IMG/VR virus record: IMGVR_UViG_3300028187_000002
Length of the DNA: 64,000 nt
Source: an uncultured virus (IMG/VR IMGVR_UViG_3300028187_000002)
Taxonomy: Duplodnaviria > Heunggongvirae > Uroviricota > Caudoviricetes > Herelleviridae
Reading direction: 5' to 3' (one strand)
The translations under genes were made by a program, and so were the position numbers. Shown here piece by piece: positions 1-8,016 of the stretch; position 1 is the stretch's first letter; each line of letters opens with the position of its first letter. The notes beneath the pieces are model-generated. The model did not search any database. It had not been told where the DNA came from and worked only from the letters and a program-made list of their open reading frames with translations.

Positions 1-105
1 CGCATCTCTTCCTTTTTTATTTTTTCTTGGTGGGGCTAAGTAGGTTACATTGGTAGCACACCAAATCCGTATAGGGTCAGCAAGTAGAGTAGGCTAGAGT
101 AACAA

Positions 106-141
106 AACGTCCTTGACTTCCTCGAACAGTCATGACATAAT
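106..141 (+). promoter_or_regulatory. early sigmaA-type promoter P1 (AACGTCC-TTGACT-17-CATAAT, extended TG)
   Basis: -35 at 113-118, -10 at 136-141, 17-bp spacer; AACGTCCTTGA shared with four other sites. Confidence 0.8.
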
Positions 142-210
142 TTGTTCAAGCGAGAGGGGCACTACAGCAGAGCACCTTCCGACTATCAGAGAATAAAGGA
201 GACGATAATT

Positions 211-1041
211 ATGGCATATCTAGTAAACGGTGAGGAAACAGTAACAACAGTTAAGGAAGTAGGAGCAATCTTAGGAGTAAAGGTTACTAAGAAAGGTATT
301 TTAGCTGGTGAGTACGAAGGCGTAGAGGTTATCGAGGATGTAGTAGAAGAAGCAGGTAACGACACTCTAGTAGAAGCAGCAGTAGAGGAAGGTAAGCTAG
401 AAATCGTTATGGTAGGAGACGCTCCAGAGAGCGGTAAGCTAGAGCAGGTAGAGGAAGAGCAGGAGGTAGGAGTAAACGATGGTAGTGACGGTATTGAGCC
501 AGAACTAGAAGAGGAAGACTTAGGAGATGGTACTGAGCCAGAGGTACATACTGAAGAGGAAGTACCTGCTCCTGTAGAAGAAGAGCCTAAAGAAGAGGTA
601 GCTGACTGGAGAGCTATGGCTAAGAAACTAAAACAGCCAGAGCCTAAGGCTAAAGCTCCTAAGGTTAAGGAAGACCTAGCAGGTCAGGAGATTGAGTACC
701 CTGAAGTAGGACACTTTGAATCTGTAGAGGATATTAAGAAGTTCTACAAGCGCCTATCTATGGAGCAGATTACAGAGTGGGCTGATATTGAAGGCTTAGA
801 GTGGAAGACTAACGATAACCCTGGTATCAATCGTATGAGAGCGTGCATGGCTATCAGTAACCACCACTTCCCTAAGAAGTCTGGTAGTAAGAAGAAAGCT
901 AAGTATGGTCACCTTACTACAGAAGAGCTACTAGAGATGGCTATCGATAACGATATCGAGGTAAGAGATGGTAAGGGTAATGAGAACATCCTACGCATGT
1001 ACACTATCATGGCTCTAAAGCAAGCTGGTATCTTAGCATAG
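211..1041 (+). CDS. early protein: acidic linker plus two C-terminal helix-loop-helix (HeH/SAP-like) repeats; paralogue of 5431-5838 and 7114-7518
   Basis: ATG 211 follows AAGGAG; C-terminal YPEVGHF...KFYK...INRMR...YTIMALKQAG shared with both paralogues. Confidence 0.85.
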   Translation: MAYLVNGEETVTTVKEVGAILGVKVTKKGILAGEYEGVEVIEDVVEEAGNDTLVEAAVEEGKLEIVMVGDAPESGKLEQVEEEQEVGVNDGSDGIEPELEEEDLGDGTEPEVHTEEEVPAPVEEEPKEEVADWRAMAKKLKQPEPKAKAPKVKEDLAGQEIEYPEVGHFESVEDIKKFYKRLSMEQITEWADIEGLEWKTNDNPGINRMRACMAISNHHFPKKSGSKKKAKYGHLTTEELLEMAIDNDIEVRDGKGNENILRMYTIMALKQAGILA

Positions 1042-1045
1042 GTGT

Positions 1046-1112
1046 TGCTAGCATAGCCCCTACGGGGGCTGTAGCACTGGAACATTATATGTTACCTAGA
1101 TAAAAGGAGTGG
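1046..1112 (+). ncRNA. structured intergenic RNA element, copy 1 (TGCTAG-hairpin-TGG-hairpin-ACCTAG-SD)
   Basis: six copies with covarying stems. Confidence 0.6.
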
Positions 1113-1117
1113 TTAAT

Positions 1118-1384
1118 ATGTATAGCCAAGATTACTGTATACTATTCACTGATGGAGATAGTGTGATTGTAGATAAAGAGGGTAGGTTGGTAGATAGCGA
1201 TGACCCTAAGTGCCCTAATACTTTCGATGGTGTGTGGAATAAGGTTACTAAGACTGCTACAGGCTGGAGCACTGTTAAGGAGCAGGTAGACCAAGGCTTA
1301 GACTTTGGTACTGGAGTATATGCAGCGGAAATAGATAACCAGACTACAGGTACTATCAAACATATCATAAAGTGGGGTGCATAA
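1118..1384 (+). CDS. hypothetical early protein
   Basis: ORF; AAGGAG SD before ATG 1118. Confidence 0.75.
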   Translation: MYSQDYCILFTDGDSVIVDKEGRLVDSDDPKCPNTFDGVWNKVTKTATGWSTVKEQVDQGLDFGTGVYAAEIDNQTTGTIKHIIKWGA

Positions 1385-1385
1385 T

Positions 1386-1697
1386 ATGACTAAGGTACTT
1401 GTTAATAACACGCTTATACCTACTGAGGTAATGGACGAACTAGCCCTAAGGCTAGGTATACAGGAAGCAGAGTGGCACAATATAGAGGGTGATATGTACC
1501 TAGCACCTGCTTCAATATCTAATGAGCATGCCACTACTATGTGGGCACATGCTGATCATATGAATGAGATACCTGCTCTAGATGACCTGCCACTTACTAC
1601 TACATCCTGCATAGTGTGTACTCATGGTATTACGGTAACAGTGTCTAAGGAACAATATATTGATGTAGAGTTCCTACACGTACTGGTGGTGGCATAG
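1386..1697 (+). CDS. hypothetical early protein
   Basis: ORF packed in operon. Confidence 0.7.
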   Translation: MTKVLVNNTLIPTEVMDELALRLGIQEAEWHNIEGDMYLAPASISNEHATTMWAHADHMNEIPALDDLPLTTTSCIVCTHGITVTVSKEQYIDVEFLHVLVVA

Positions 1698-1901
1698 ATG
1701 CCACTAAACGTAGAGTACTCACAAGATGGGTTAAAGGGTCATAAGACATACCAGTCTATGTCTGCTATGAGACGGTTTATAAAGAATATGGCACTCACTG
1801 ATTACGCATTAGCTACCTATACAGGGGATAACATATATGATAAGAGCGCATACAAGGTAATACAAAGAGGTAATGGATATAAGCATAGTAGTGAATTCTA
1901 A
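1698..1901 (+). CDS. hypothetical early protein
   Basis: ORF abuts the previous stop. Confidence 0.65.
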   Translation: MPLNVEYSQDGLKGHKTYQSMSAMRRFIKNMALTDYALATYTGDNIYDKSAYKVIQRGNGYKHSSEF

Positions 1902-1921
1902 TACTAAGGGAGCGGATATAA

Positions 1922-2263
1922 ATGGCTAAGAAAGAATTATATACTAGAGAAGAAGTAATGGAATGGACTATTGGATTTATACAAGAGCGTATCAATGATA
2001 TTAAGCGTGAGCACTGTAGTCACTCTATTACTATGGCTGAGTGTACTAATATACTAGATGAGTTTAATGTACAGGATATGCTAACTAAAGATAGCGCTAA
2101 GATATTACTAGACTGCCTAGAGCACTACCATAGTGAGTGGCTAGACTTCTATCAGCATCACTTTACAGGGCTAGCCTTAATGAATCGTACCCATGATAAC
2201 CTATCCTATTACTATGAAGCATGGTACTACTTCTGTAGACCTGGTACCTATAACCTAGACTAA
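1922..2263 (+). CDS. hypothetical early protein
   Basis: ORF with GGGAG SD; terminator follows. Confidence 0.75.
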   Translation: MAKKELYTREEVMEWTIGFIQERINDIKREHCSHSITMAECTNILDEFNVQDMLTKDSAKILLDCLEHYHSEWLDFYQHHFTGLALMNRTHDNLSYYYEAWYYFCRPGTYNLD

Positions 2264-2267
2264 TACC

Positions 2268-2290
2268 GCCCCTAATAGGGGCTATTTTTA
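2268..2290 (+). terminator. intrinsic terminator
   Basis: GCCCCT-AAT-AGGGGC then TATTTTT. Confidence 0.6.
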
Positions 2291-2300
2291 TGCCTAGACA

Positions 2301-2340
2301 TCTCTATGGAGGGTAGGTAGAAAATCACTTCAAATAAAAT
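2301..2340 (+). repeat. orientation-fixed non-coding repeat, copy 1
   Basis: TCTCTATGGAGGGTAGGTAGAAAATCACTTCAAATAAA; similar at 4846, 5983 and 7689. Confidence 0.6.
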
Positions 2341-2385
2341 ACTCCCACGCTATAGGGACACCCCGTAACTAGGATACCAGTAGCC

Positions 2386-2421
2386 AACGTCCTTGAGATT
2401 TTCCTCCGTCCGTGGGATAAT
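2386..2421 (+). promoter_or_regulatory. early promoter P2 (AACGTCC-TTGAGA-17-GATAAT)
   Basis: conserved promoter motif, 17-bp spacer, CGTGG before -10. Confidence 0.75.
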
Positions 2422-2481
2422 TTGAGTACGGAGGCGGGGCAACCCACCAAACGAATATCGAGGATAAAAGGAGAGATAGAC

Positions 2482-2799
2482 ATGGGTACTAGATTAACAT
2501 CTATTACGGTGAATGTAGAAAGAACTATTAAGATAGGTAAGGTGTGCCGTATCAATACTAGCTACGGATACCTAGGGCTAGATAGTGGTGAGGTAGAGAT
2601 TATGAAGATTGTACCTACATCTCAGCTACCTAAGTATGTCGACCTGTATGCATGGGAGCAGTTCCAAGACGACCCTAGTGATGTACAAAACTGGCAGTGG
2701 GTAGCGTTCCAGTATACAGACCCTAAGCAGCGTGAGGACGATGACCACTATGAGTACTTCCCTGTAGACGAGTTTGCAGACCATATGAGTCAGCTATAG
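2482..2799 (+). CDS. hypothetical early protein, distant paralogue of 3972-4268
   Basis: AAGGAG SD; WVAFQYTDP resembles WVRFVYVDDP. Confidence 0.75.
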   Translation: MGTRLTSITVNVERTIKIGKVCRINTSYGYLGLDSGEVEIMKIVPTSQLPKYVDLYAWEQFQDDPSDVQNWQWVAFQYTDPKQREDDDHYEYFPVDEFADHMSQL

Positions 2800-2801
2800 G
2801 T

Positions 2802-2868
2802 TGCTAGGGCAGGCGATACTATCGCCTTCCTTATGGAGCTAAATAGCTACCTAGATAAAAAGGAGTGG
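2802..2868 (+). ncRNA. structured intergenic RNA element, copy 2
   Basis: TGCTAG, AGGCGAT/ATCGCCT stem, TGG-AGCTA/TAGCT-ACCTAG, SD. Confidence 0.6.
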
Positions 2869-2873
2869 TATAT

Positions 2874-3272
2874 ATGTTAAGTAAGAAAATGACACCAGTA
2901 GCGTACTTATATAGCGAGCGTGCTACAGCTACAGAGGTAGCAGAGTTTGTAAAGCGTGCTATGGGTATGGGTCTAACTAAGTTTGTAGAGGATGGGGAGC
3001 AGTTTAACCTATTGGCTCTACCTGAGACATATCCAGACGACTGGGTAGAAGACCTTATAAACGTAGTGATACCTACAGGGGCTATGCTACAAGAGGATGT
3101 ATGGCAGGGTAAGGATATCTCTGGTAAGCGTCTGTATGAGGAGTATAGTGTATGGGAAGTTAATAAGGTAGAACGTATGGGAGATGATAATAGAGCTATC
3201 ATACGTAAGCAGAATGATAAAGATATCTACCTATTGTTTATAGATAACCCTTATGTGAGAAATCCTAGATAG
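2874..3272 (+). CDS. hypothetical early protein
   Basis: ORF with AAGGAG SD. Confidence 0.75.
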   Translation: MLSKKMTPVAYLYSERATATEVAEFVKRAMGMGLTKFVEDGEQFNLLALPETYPDDWVEDLINVVIPTGAMLQEDVWQGKDISGKRLYEEYSVWEVNKVERMGDDNRAIIRKQNDKDIYLLFIDNPYVRNPR

Positions 3273-3285
3273 TCTAGGGTAGGGG

Positions 3286-3321
3286 AACGTCCTTGAACTT
3301 TCCCCTGCTCCGTGGTATAAT
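3286..3321 (+). promoter_or_regulatory. early promoter P3 (AACGTCC-TTGAAC-17-TATAAT)
   Basis: consensus -10 with extended TG, conserved upstream motif. Confidence 0.85.
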
Positions 3322-3371
3322 TTCTTCAAGGGAGCAGGGGTGCTCCTACTAGAGACTAGGAGGAGATAGTA

Positions 3372-3560
3372 ATGGTAGAATGTGTACACTGTGGAGTAGA
3401 GAGTAGTGTAGAGGATTGGGATAAGGCAACTGCTGAGGCGTTCCTAGGGGAAACGTATACAATGGATATGATATCTAGTATCGCTCTACAGGAGCCTGGT
3501 ACTATCCATATCTGCCCTAGCTGTAAGGAAGACATTATGATAGGGGAGGATATGCAATGA
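3372..3560 (+). CDS. small zinc-ribbon-like protein
   Basis: CVHC and CPSC pairs; AGGAGG SD. Confidence 0.7.
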   Translation: MVECVHCGVESSVEDWDKATAEAFLGETYTMDMISSIALQEPGTIHICPSCKEDIMIGEDMQ

Positions 3561-3931
3561 TTATTGTATACGGTAGCCACGATATTCCTGTAGGACACGT
3601 AGATGAGGCAGTAAAGGCTATTAGGCTCAACGATGGGCTAGAAGCAGAGGTAACTACTATCCAGTATGACAGAGAGTACCATATTCTGGATAGTAAAAAT
3701 AGAGATGAGGATACTATCCTAACCACGGCACACTACCTGCACCACTATGCAGATACTCTAGACCATAGTGAGGTAGAGGAGAACTGGATGACAGGGTGCG
3801 TTAGTATGGAGCACCTAGAGAAGCAGATAGAGTGCCACTGTGGGCTAGAGGACTGTGTAGTAGTCCACATAGGCTGCTACCAGCGTACCCTAGCCAACGG
3901 AGTAGAGGTTCAGGTATACTATATCAGCTAG
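3557..3931 (+). CDS. hypothetical early protein
   Basis: ATGA overlap with upstream ORF, GGAGG SD. Confidence 0.7.
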   Translation: MIIVYGSHDIPVGHVDEAVKAIRLNDGLEAEVTTIQYDREYHILDSKNRDEDTILTTAHYLHHYADTLDHSEVEENWMTGCVSMEHLEKQIECHCGLEDCVVVHIGCYQRTLANGVEVQVYYIS

Positions 3932-3971
3932 GGGCATAGCCCCTAGTATTACATATAAGGGAGAGGTTAAT

Positions 3972-4268
3972 ATGCACGAATTAGGTAATGCAGATGCACA
4001 CATCACTATAGAGGTAAAGCCAGATAGCTGGTGGAATTTATACCCTACATTCGCTAATGGGCTACAAGATATGGAGCAGGGAGCGGTTAAGGTGCTAGGC
4101 ATCTCTAGGTACAGAGAGGTACCAGAGGACTTCCAAGCACTATTCGCTCAAGTAGAGTATACTAACCCTAGGGACAGTGTCTGGGTACGCTTTGTATATG
4201 TAGACGACCCTAATACTATCCTGTACTTACCAACTAAAGTGTTCCTAGGATGCACTACTCACGTATAG
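3972..4268 (+). CDS. hypothetical early protein
   Basis: ORF with SD; similar to 2482-2799. Confidence 0.7.
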   Translation: MHELGNADAHITIEVKPDSWWNLYPTFANGLQDMEQGAVKVLGISRYREVPEDFQALFAQVEYTNPRDSVWVRFVYVDDPNTILYLPTKVFLGCTTHV

Positions 4269-4272
4269 AGAT

Positions 4273-4335
4273 TGCTAGGTAGCCTTGTACGCAGGGCTAT
4301 CTCTGGAATACCTATACTCACAGATAAAAGGAGAG
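4273..4335 (+). ncRNA. structured intergenic RNA element, copy 3 (second hairpin reduced)
   Basis: TGCTAG, TAGCCTTG-TACG-CAGGGCTA, TGGAATACCTA, SD. Confidence 0.45.
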
Positions 4336-4342
4336 AGTTAAT

Positions 4343-4573
4343 ATGAGTCAACCATATAAAGATATACCAACAGTAGTAAGAACATGGCTATGTAATGAGA
4401 TTAAGCTAAATATAGAAGCGCATAATGCTAGTATGGAAAAGATAGGATACGACACTGTAGGTTATACCTATAGTGACATTAATGCTATAGCAGATAATAT
4501 CCTAGGAGACTTGCATGAAGCTATCATTACACCTAATGTAAATAATAGATTCGATATAGAGGAGGACTGCTAG
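4343..4573 (+). CDS. hypothetical early protein
   Basis: ORF with SD; DINAIA...FD resembles the next ORF. Confidence 0.7.
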   Translation: MSQPYKDIPTVVRTWLCNEIKLNIEAHNASMEKIGYDTVGYTYSDINAIADNILGDLHEAIITPNVNNRFDIEEDC

Positions 4574-4574
4574 T

Positions 4575-4796
4575 ATGAAGCAGGATACCCTAAGAAAGCT
4601 TATACAGGAGCAGGTAGTAGCAGAGATAAACAAGGCTATAGAGAACGAGAATATATACGCATCAGACTGTAGCCAGGAGGATATAGATGCTATAGTAGCA
4701 CTCACTCTAGAGGAGATAGCTAACCACACCATACCCAAACGGGTAGGCTACCACTTTGATACTGGCTGGTATACAGAGGATGATAAGTACTTATGA
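4575..4796 (+). CDS. hypothetical early protein, probable paralogue of 4343-4573
   Basis: GAGGAGG SD; DIDAIV...HFD. Confidence 0.7.
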   Translation: MKQDTLRKLIQEQVVAEINKAIENENIYASDCSQEDIDAIVALTLEEIANHTIPKRVGYHFDTGWYTEDDKYL

Positions 4797-4803
4797 CTAT
4801 ATA

Positions 4804-4840
4804 CACCCTACATACACAAACGTATGTAGGGTGTTCTTAT
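4804..4840 (+). terminator. intrinsic terminator ending the rightward early operon
   Basis: 13-bp stem ACACCCTACATAC/GTATGTAGGGTGT then TCTTAT. Confidence 0.6.
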
Positions 4841-4845
4841 GCTCG

Positions 4846-4930
4846 TTTCTATGGGGAGTACCTACAAACTCACTTCCTATTAAAGCAATTCGGTTCGCTC
4901 ATCAGAAACTCTTCCCACCATTCATCCCCT
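4846..4930 (+). repeat. orientation-fixed non-coding repeat, copy 2
   Basis: TTTCTATGGGGAGTACCTACAAACTCACTTCC...AAAGCAAT...GTTCGCT...CCCACCA. Confidence 0.6.
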
Positions 4931-5071
4931 CCACCAACCTTTCGCCTATTGAAAGTTCTAACACTCACTTACTCGAATTTCTCCTGCTTCAATCTTTGAA
5001 CCCTTTCACCTTTGAGAGAAATCGACTTACAGAGTTGATATACAACTCACATAGAAGCAGAAAAGGGCATA

Positions 5072-5102
5072 GAAAAACCCTAGTACACACGGTACTAGGG
5101 TT
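5072..5102 (-). terminator. intrinsic terminator of the leftward early operon
   Basis: AACCCTAGTAC/GTACTAGGGTT stem preceded by an A-run on +. Confidence 0.65.
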
Positions 5103-5108
5103 ACACAC

Positions 5109-5357
5109 TTACTCATACATATATCTAGGGAAGCCCTTCTCACGCAGATATCTACTCCAATACTCTACACCGTCTATATCACTCACGTAGAAGGATTCTG
5201 CATCTACACACCCATACAACTCTATCTCAGTGCCTACACCTGGAGTATATAATACACGGTACTCAGTAACGGTATCATGTATCACACACACCTCACGCAG
5301 ATACTCACGTAGCCACTCTCTATCGGACTCACTAATAGGTACAAATACTTCACACAT
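5109..5357 (-). CDS. hypothetical early protein (MCEVFVP...)
   Basis: AAGGAGTGG SD before ATG 5357. Confidence 0.7.
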   Translation of the reverse strand: MCEVFVPISESDREWLREYLREVCVIHDTVTEYRVLYTPGVGTEIELYGCVDAESFYVSDIDGVEYWSRYLREKGFPRYMYE

Positions 5358-5362
5358 ACTTA

Positions 5363-5428
5363 CCACTCCTTCTATACTAGGTAACCAATAGGTTCCATGA
5401 TACCCCCTCCGTAGAGGGAGTACTAGCA
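5363..5428 (-). ncRNA. structured intergenic RNA element, copy 4
   Basis: TGCTAG, TACTCCCTC-TACG-GAGGGGGTA, TGG-AACC/GGTT-ACCTAG, SD. Confidence 0.6.
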
Positions 5429-5430
5429 AC

Positions 5431-5838
5431 TTACTGAATCTTACCAGCTGCACGTAGTGCCATAATAGTACGCATTCTCATAATCTGCTCACTATCTGTA
5501 TATTCTACAGCTATATCATTATCTAGGCATAGTGTCATAAGTGCCTCCATAGTATAGTCTGCATATTTAGCTTTCTTCTTAGTAGATGGCTCCTTAGGAT
5601 AGTGGAAGTATAGGATAGCCATACATACTCTCATTCTATGAATCTGTTCATTATCATTAGGCTTATACTCCAATCCTTCTACGCTACACCAATCCTCTAA
5701 TACCTCTACAGGAAGTTGCTTATAGAATTTTTGTAGCCATTTCTTATCCTCGAAGATACCTACCTCAGGATACCCATTATTCGTAGTAATCCATTCCATA
5801 GCGTCTACTTTACCGTTGATATTCACTTTTTTACTCAT
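5431..5838 (-). CDS. early two-repeat helix-loop-helix protein (paralogue family)
   Basis: clear similarity to 7114-7518 and the C-terminus of 211-1041; GGAGG SD. Confidence 0.85.
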   Translation of the reverse strand: MSKKVNINGKVDAMEWITTNNGYPEVGIFEDKKWLQKFYKQLPVEVLEDWCSVEGLEYKPNDNEQIHRMRVCMAILYFHYPKEPSTKKKAKYADYTMEALMTLCLDNDIAVEYTDSEQIMRMRTIMALRAAGKIQ

Positions 5839-5906
5839 ATCATATTCCTCCTAGCCCTCGTGGGCGATTTTGGTAGTGGGCGGTAACCCCGCCCCCCCTT
5901 GAATAA

Positions 5907-5942
5907 ATTATATCACGGGTGGGCGGAATACTCAAGGACGTT
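5907..5942 (-). promoter_or_regulatory. early promoter P4 (AACGTCC-TTGAGT-17-TATAAT)
   Basis: conserved motif on the minus strand. Confidence 0.85.
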
Positions 5943-5982
5943 CACGGGTATAGGATGGACGGTATCCTTAGCCCTGTTGGGC

Positions 5983-6070
5983 TTTCTATGGGGGTTACCT
6001 AGAAAATCCTTTCAAATAAAGCAATCGGAGTTCGCTTATCAATTACTTTCTCCCCACCAATATACCCAAC
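5983..6070 (+). repeat. orientation-fixed non-coding repeat, copy 3
   Basis: TTTCTATGGGGGTTACCTAGAAAATCCTTTCAAATAAAGCAATCGGAGTTCGCT...CCCCACCA. Confidence 0.6.
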
Positions 6071-6310
6071 AACAACCCTTCGCTCATATATCTTTTATAC
6101 TCAAATTTCTCTCTTCTCTCTCTTTCATATACAAATGGTTCTGACTGATTTTGAAACGAAATTCACAACCGAACAACACACCAAACAGGATTTTTGAGCT
6201 ACTAGTTTTCTACCCAAATTTCTCTCTGAAGCAGGTTTGAACCCGAAAGCCTTTGCACTCACAAAAGCCCCAAAACGGGCTAAAAGATGCCCTACACCCA
6301 CAAACGCACA

Positions 6311-6340
6311 AAAATAGACACCTACTTACTGTAGGTGTCT
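6311..6340 (-). terminator. intrinsic terminator
   Basis: AGACACCTAC/GTAGGTGTCT stem with an A-run on +. Confidence 0.6.
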
Positions 6341-6477
6341 TGATATGCTTCTAACTGCTTGTCTACTCCTGGATACGTCCATGTGCATGCAGTATACACT
6401 AGGTTACATGCTAGGTAAAGGAGCGTACACGCTCCCGTTACCACTAGCACACGCTTAATCGTTCTTGCGGTCTTCAT
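6322..6477 (-). CDS. 51-aa single-TM membrane protein (MKTARTIKRVLVVTGACTLLYLACNLV...), not in the ORF track
   Basis: translated by hand; AGGAGGT SD; overlaps the stop of the upstream ORF. Confidence 0.6.
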   Translation of the reverse strand: MKTARTIKRVLVVTGACTLLYLACNLVYTACTWTYPGVDKQLEAYQDTYSK

Positions 6478-6794
6478 AGTAGACCACCTCCTACACTCAC
6501 GATACCCTTACGAGCGTACCGCATCAAGTACTCTAGGTTGTTCCTAGCACTCTGCTCACTCACTACTCCAGTACTCATCAGGGGTACTACACTGCCCACT
6601 AACGAGTCGTTCACTGCCACGATAGAGGCACAGAACTCTCCCTCCTGCACTTGGTCTAGGATAACCACCCAGATACTCTCAGTGCCCTCGTACTCACGTG
6701 CATCACTGCCTACCATACGGAAATAGTGCATCTCACTAGGTGAGTTCTCCTCCAGAATAACCCACTCAGGTACGTACGTTTTAGTTTTACCCAC
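6474..6794 (-). CDS. hypothetical early protein
   Basis: GTG start after AAGGAGTGG. Confidence 0.7.
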   Translation of the reverse strand: MGKTKTYVPEWVILEENSPSEMHYFRMVGSDAREYEGTESIWVVILDQVQEGEFCASIVAVNDSLVGSVVPLMSTGVVSEQSARNNLEYLMRYARKGIVSVGGGLL

Positions 6795-6799
6795 ACTTA

Positions 6800-6864
6800 C
6801 CACTCCTTTTGTCTAGGTAGCTAAGTAGCTCCAGGATACACACCCCGTAGGGTGTGCACTAGCA
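6800..6864 (-). ncRNA. structured intergenic RNA element, copy 5
   Basis: TGCTAG, CACACCC-TACG-GGGTGTG, TGG-AGCTA/TAGCT-ACCTAG, SD. Confidence 0.6.
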
Positions 6865-6869
6865 GACAC

Positions 6870-7040
6870 TCAGTCCTCGTTCACTACTGCTTGTAGGTCT
6901 AGCTCCTCTGCATCCACAGATACTGACACACTAGTGCCGTCTGTACACTTGATACAGATACCCCCACTCACCTCGTCCTCTAACACCTTACTCACAGTCT
7001 TACCCTCTAGGGACTTTACAGCTTTCCAAAAGTTGTTCAC
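6870..7040 (-). CDS. 56-aa hypothetical protein (MNNFWKAVKSLEGK...), not in the ORF track
   Basis: translated by hand; AAGGAG SD. Confidence 0.6.
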   Translation of the reverse strand: MNNFWKAVKSLEGKTVSKVLEDEVSGGICIKCTDGTSVSVSVDAEELDLQAVVNED

Positions 7041-7045
7041 ACTAA

Positions 7046-7110
7046 CCACTCCTTTAGTCTAGGTAGCTTACTAGCTCCATGGGATACCCCCCGTAGGGGG
7101 TAGCCTAGCA
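7046..7110 (-). ncRNA. structured intergenic RNA element, copy 6
   Basis: TGCTAG, TACCCCC-TACG-GGGGGTA, TGG-AGCT/AGCT-ACCTAG, SD. Confidence 0.6.
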
Positions 7111-7113
7111 ACC

Positions 7114-7518
7114 CTAAGCTTTCTCGATGTGACCTGCTGCACGTAGCGCCATGATAGTTCTCATACGCATGATTTGTTCACTCTCAGTGTACTCTACTGC
7201 TACGTCGTTGTCTAGGCACATCTTCATAAGCTGTTCCATAGTGTAGTCTGCGTACTTAGCTTTCTTCTTAGCAGAAGGTTGTTTAGGGAAGTGTAGGTAA
7301 AGGATAGCCATACACATCCGCATGCGGTTGATAGCCTCACTGTCCTCACAAGGTTTGAACTCTAGTCCTTCGATAGCAATCCACTCCCCTAGTACTACAT
7401 CATCAAGTTGTTTGTAGAACTTCTGTAGGTCTTTCTTCTCTGTGAAGTGCCCTACCTCTGGGAAGCCGTTTTCCTCTACGTGTTTCACTGCGTCTACCTT
7501 TTGTTGTTTTTTAGCCAT
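7114..7518 (-). CDS. early two-repeat helix-loop-helix protein (paralogue family)
   Basis: AAGGAG SD; strong similarity to 5431-5838. Confidence 0.85.
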   Translation of the reverse strand: MAKKQQKVDAVKHVEENGFPEVGHFTEKKDLQKFYKQLDDVVLGEWIAIEGLEFKPCEDSEAINRMRMCMAILYLHFPKQPSAKKKAKYADYTMEQLMKMCLDNDVAVEYTESEQIMRMRTIMALRAAGHIEKA

Positions 7519-7614
7519 CTTAATCAGTCTCCTTTTCGCTCTTGAGTTTTTTGTGTAGGTCGTGGGTACCGTCCGTGTGTTGCTCTGGTGTGGTGCCCTC
7601 TTCCTCTTGAACTA

Positions 7615-7650
7615 AGTTTACCACGAACTGGGGTAAAAGTCAAGGACGTT
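7615..7650 (-). promoter_or_regulatory. early promoter P5 (AACGTCC-TTGACT-17-TAAACT)
   Basis: conserved motif; leader resembles that of P1. Confidence 0.75.
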
Positions 7651-7688
7651 TCCCTACCTAGAGTGGGGTTATAACCTAGCCCTGTACG

Positions 7689-7770
7689 TTTCTATGAGGG
7701 TTAGCTAGAATCTTGCTTCATATAAAGAAGAGCGAGGTATCGCTTCACCACCAGTTCCCCCACCACAACC
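7689..7770 (+). repeat. orientation-fixed non-coding repeat, copy 4
   Basis: TTTCTATGAGGGTTAGCTAGAATCTTGCTTCATATAAAG...TCGCTT...CCCCACCA. Confidence 0.55.
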
Positions 7771-7905
7771 CTTATCTTTAATATAAATATATAATAATGT
7801 TTTAATATTCTCTCTTTCTTATATATTTCCCTTTTAGTATACTAATAATACGATATATGCATATTACACACTTAATATATACACAAAACACAATATACTA
7901 AAACA

Positions 7906-8016
7906 CATACTCTCAATATACGAATAATACGATATATACGGACTATATCACAATAACACGATATCCTTGGGGCAGCATACTCTTAATATACGAATAATAC
8001 GATATACACGGGCTAT
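7906..8016. repeat. 41-bp imperfect direct repeat x2 (period 70), with extra AATACGATATA-like units
   Basis: 7906-7946 vs 7976-8016, 3 mismatches. Confidence 0.8.

Noticed and set aside
142..210. Upstream TTG/GTG starts in the ORF track (142, 2422, 12439, 29268 and others)
   Set aside because: They lie in promoters, SD sequences or upstream genes; downstream starts with proper SD spacing were used instead.
4756..5190. ORFs 4756-5190 and 4793-4999 (also 5899-6144 and 8034-8252)
   Set aside because: They cross terminators, promoters and non-coding repeats, lack SD sequences and have atypical composition.
1046..7110. Repeated intergenic element read as a CRISPR array, terminator or hammerhead ribozyme
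   Set aside because: Copies are separated by genes rather than spacers, lack U-tracts, and lack the CUGAUGA/GAAA hammerhead core.
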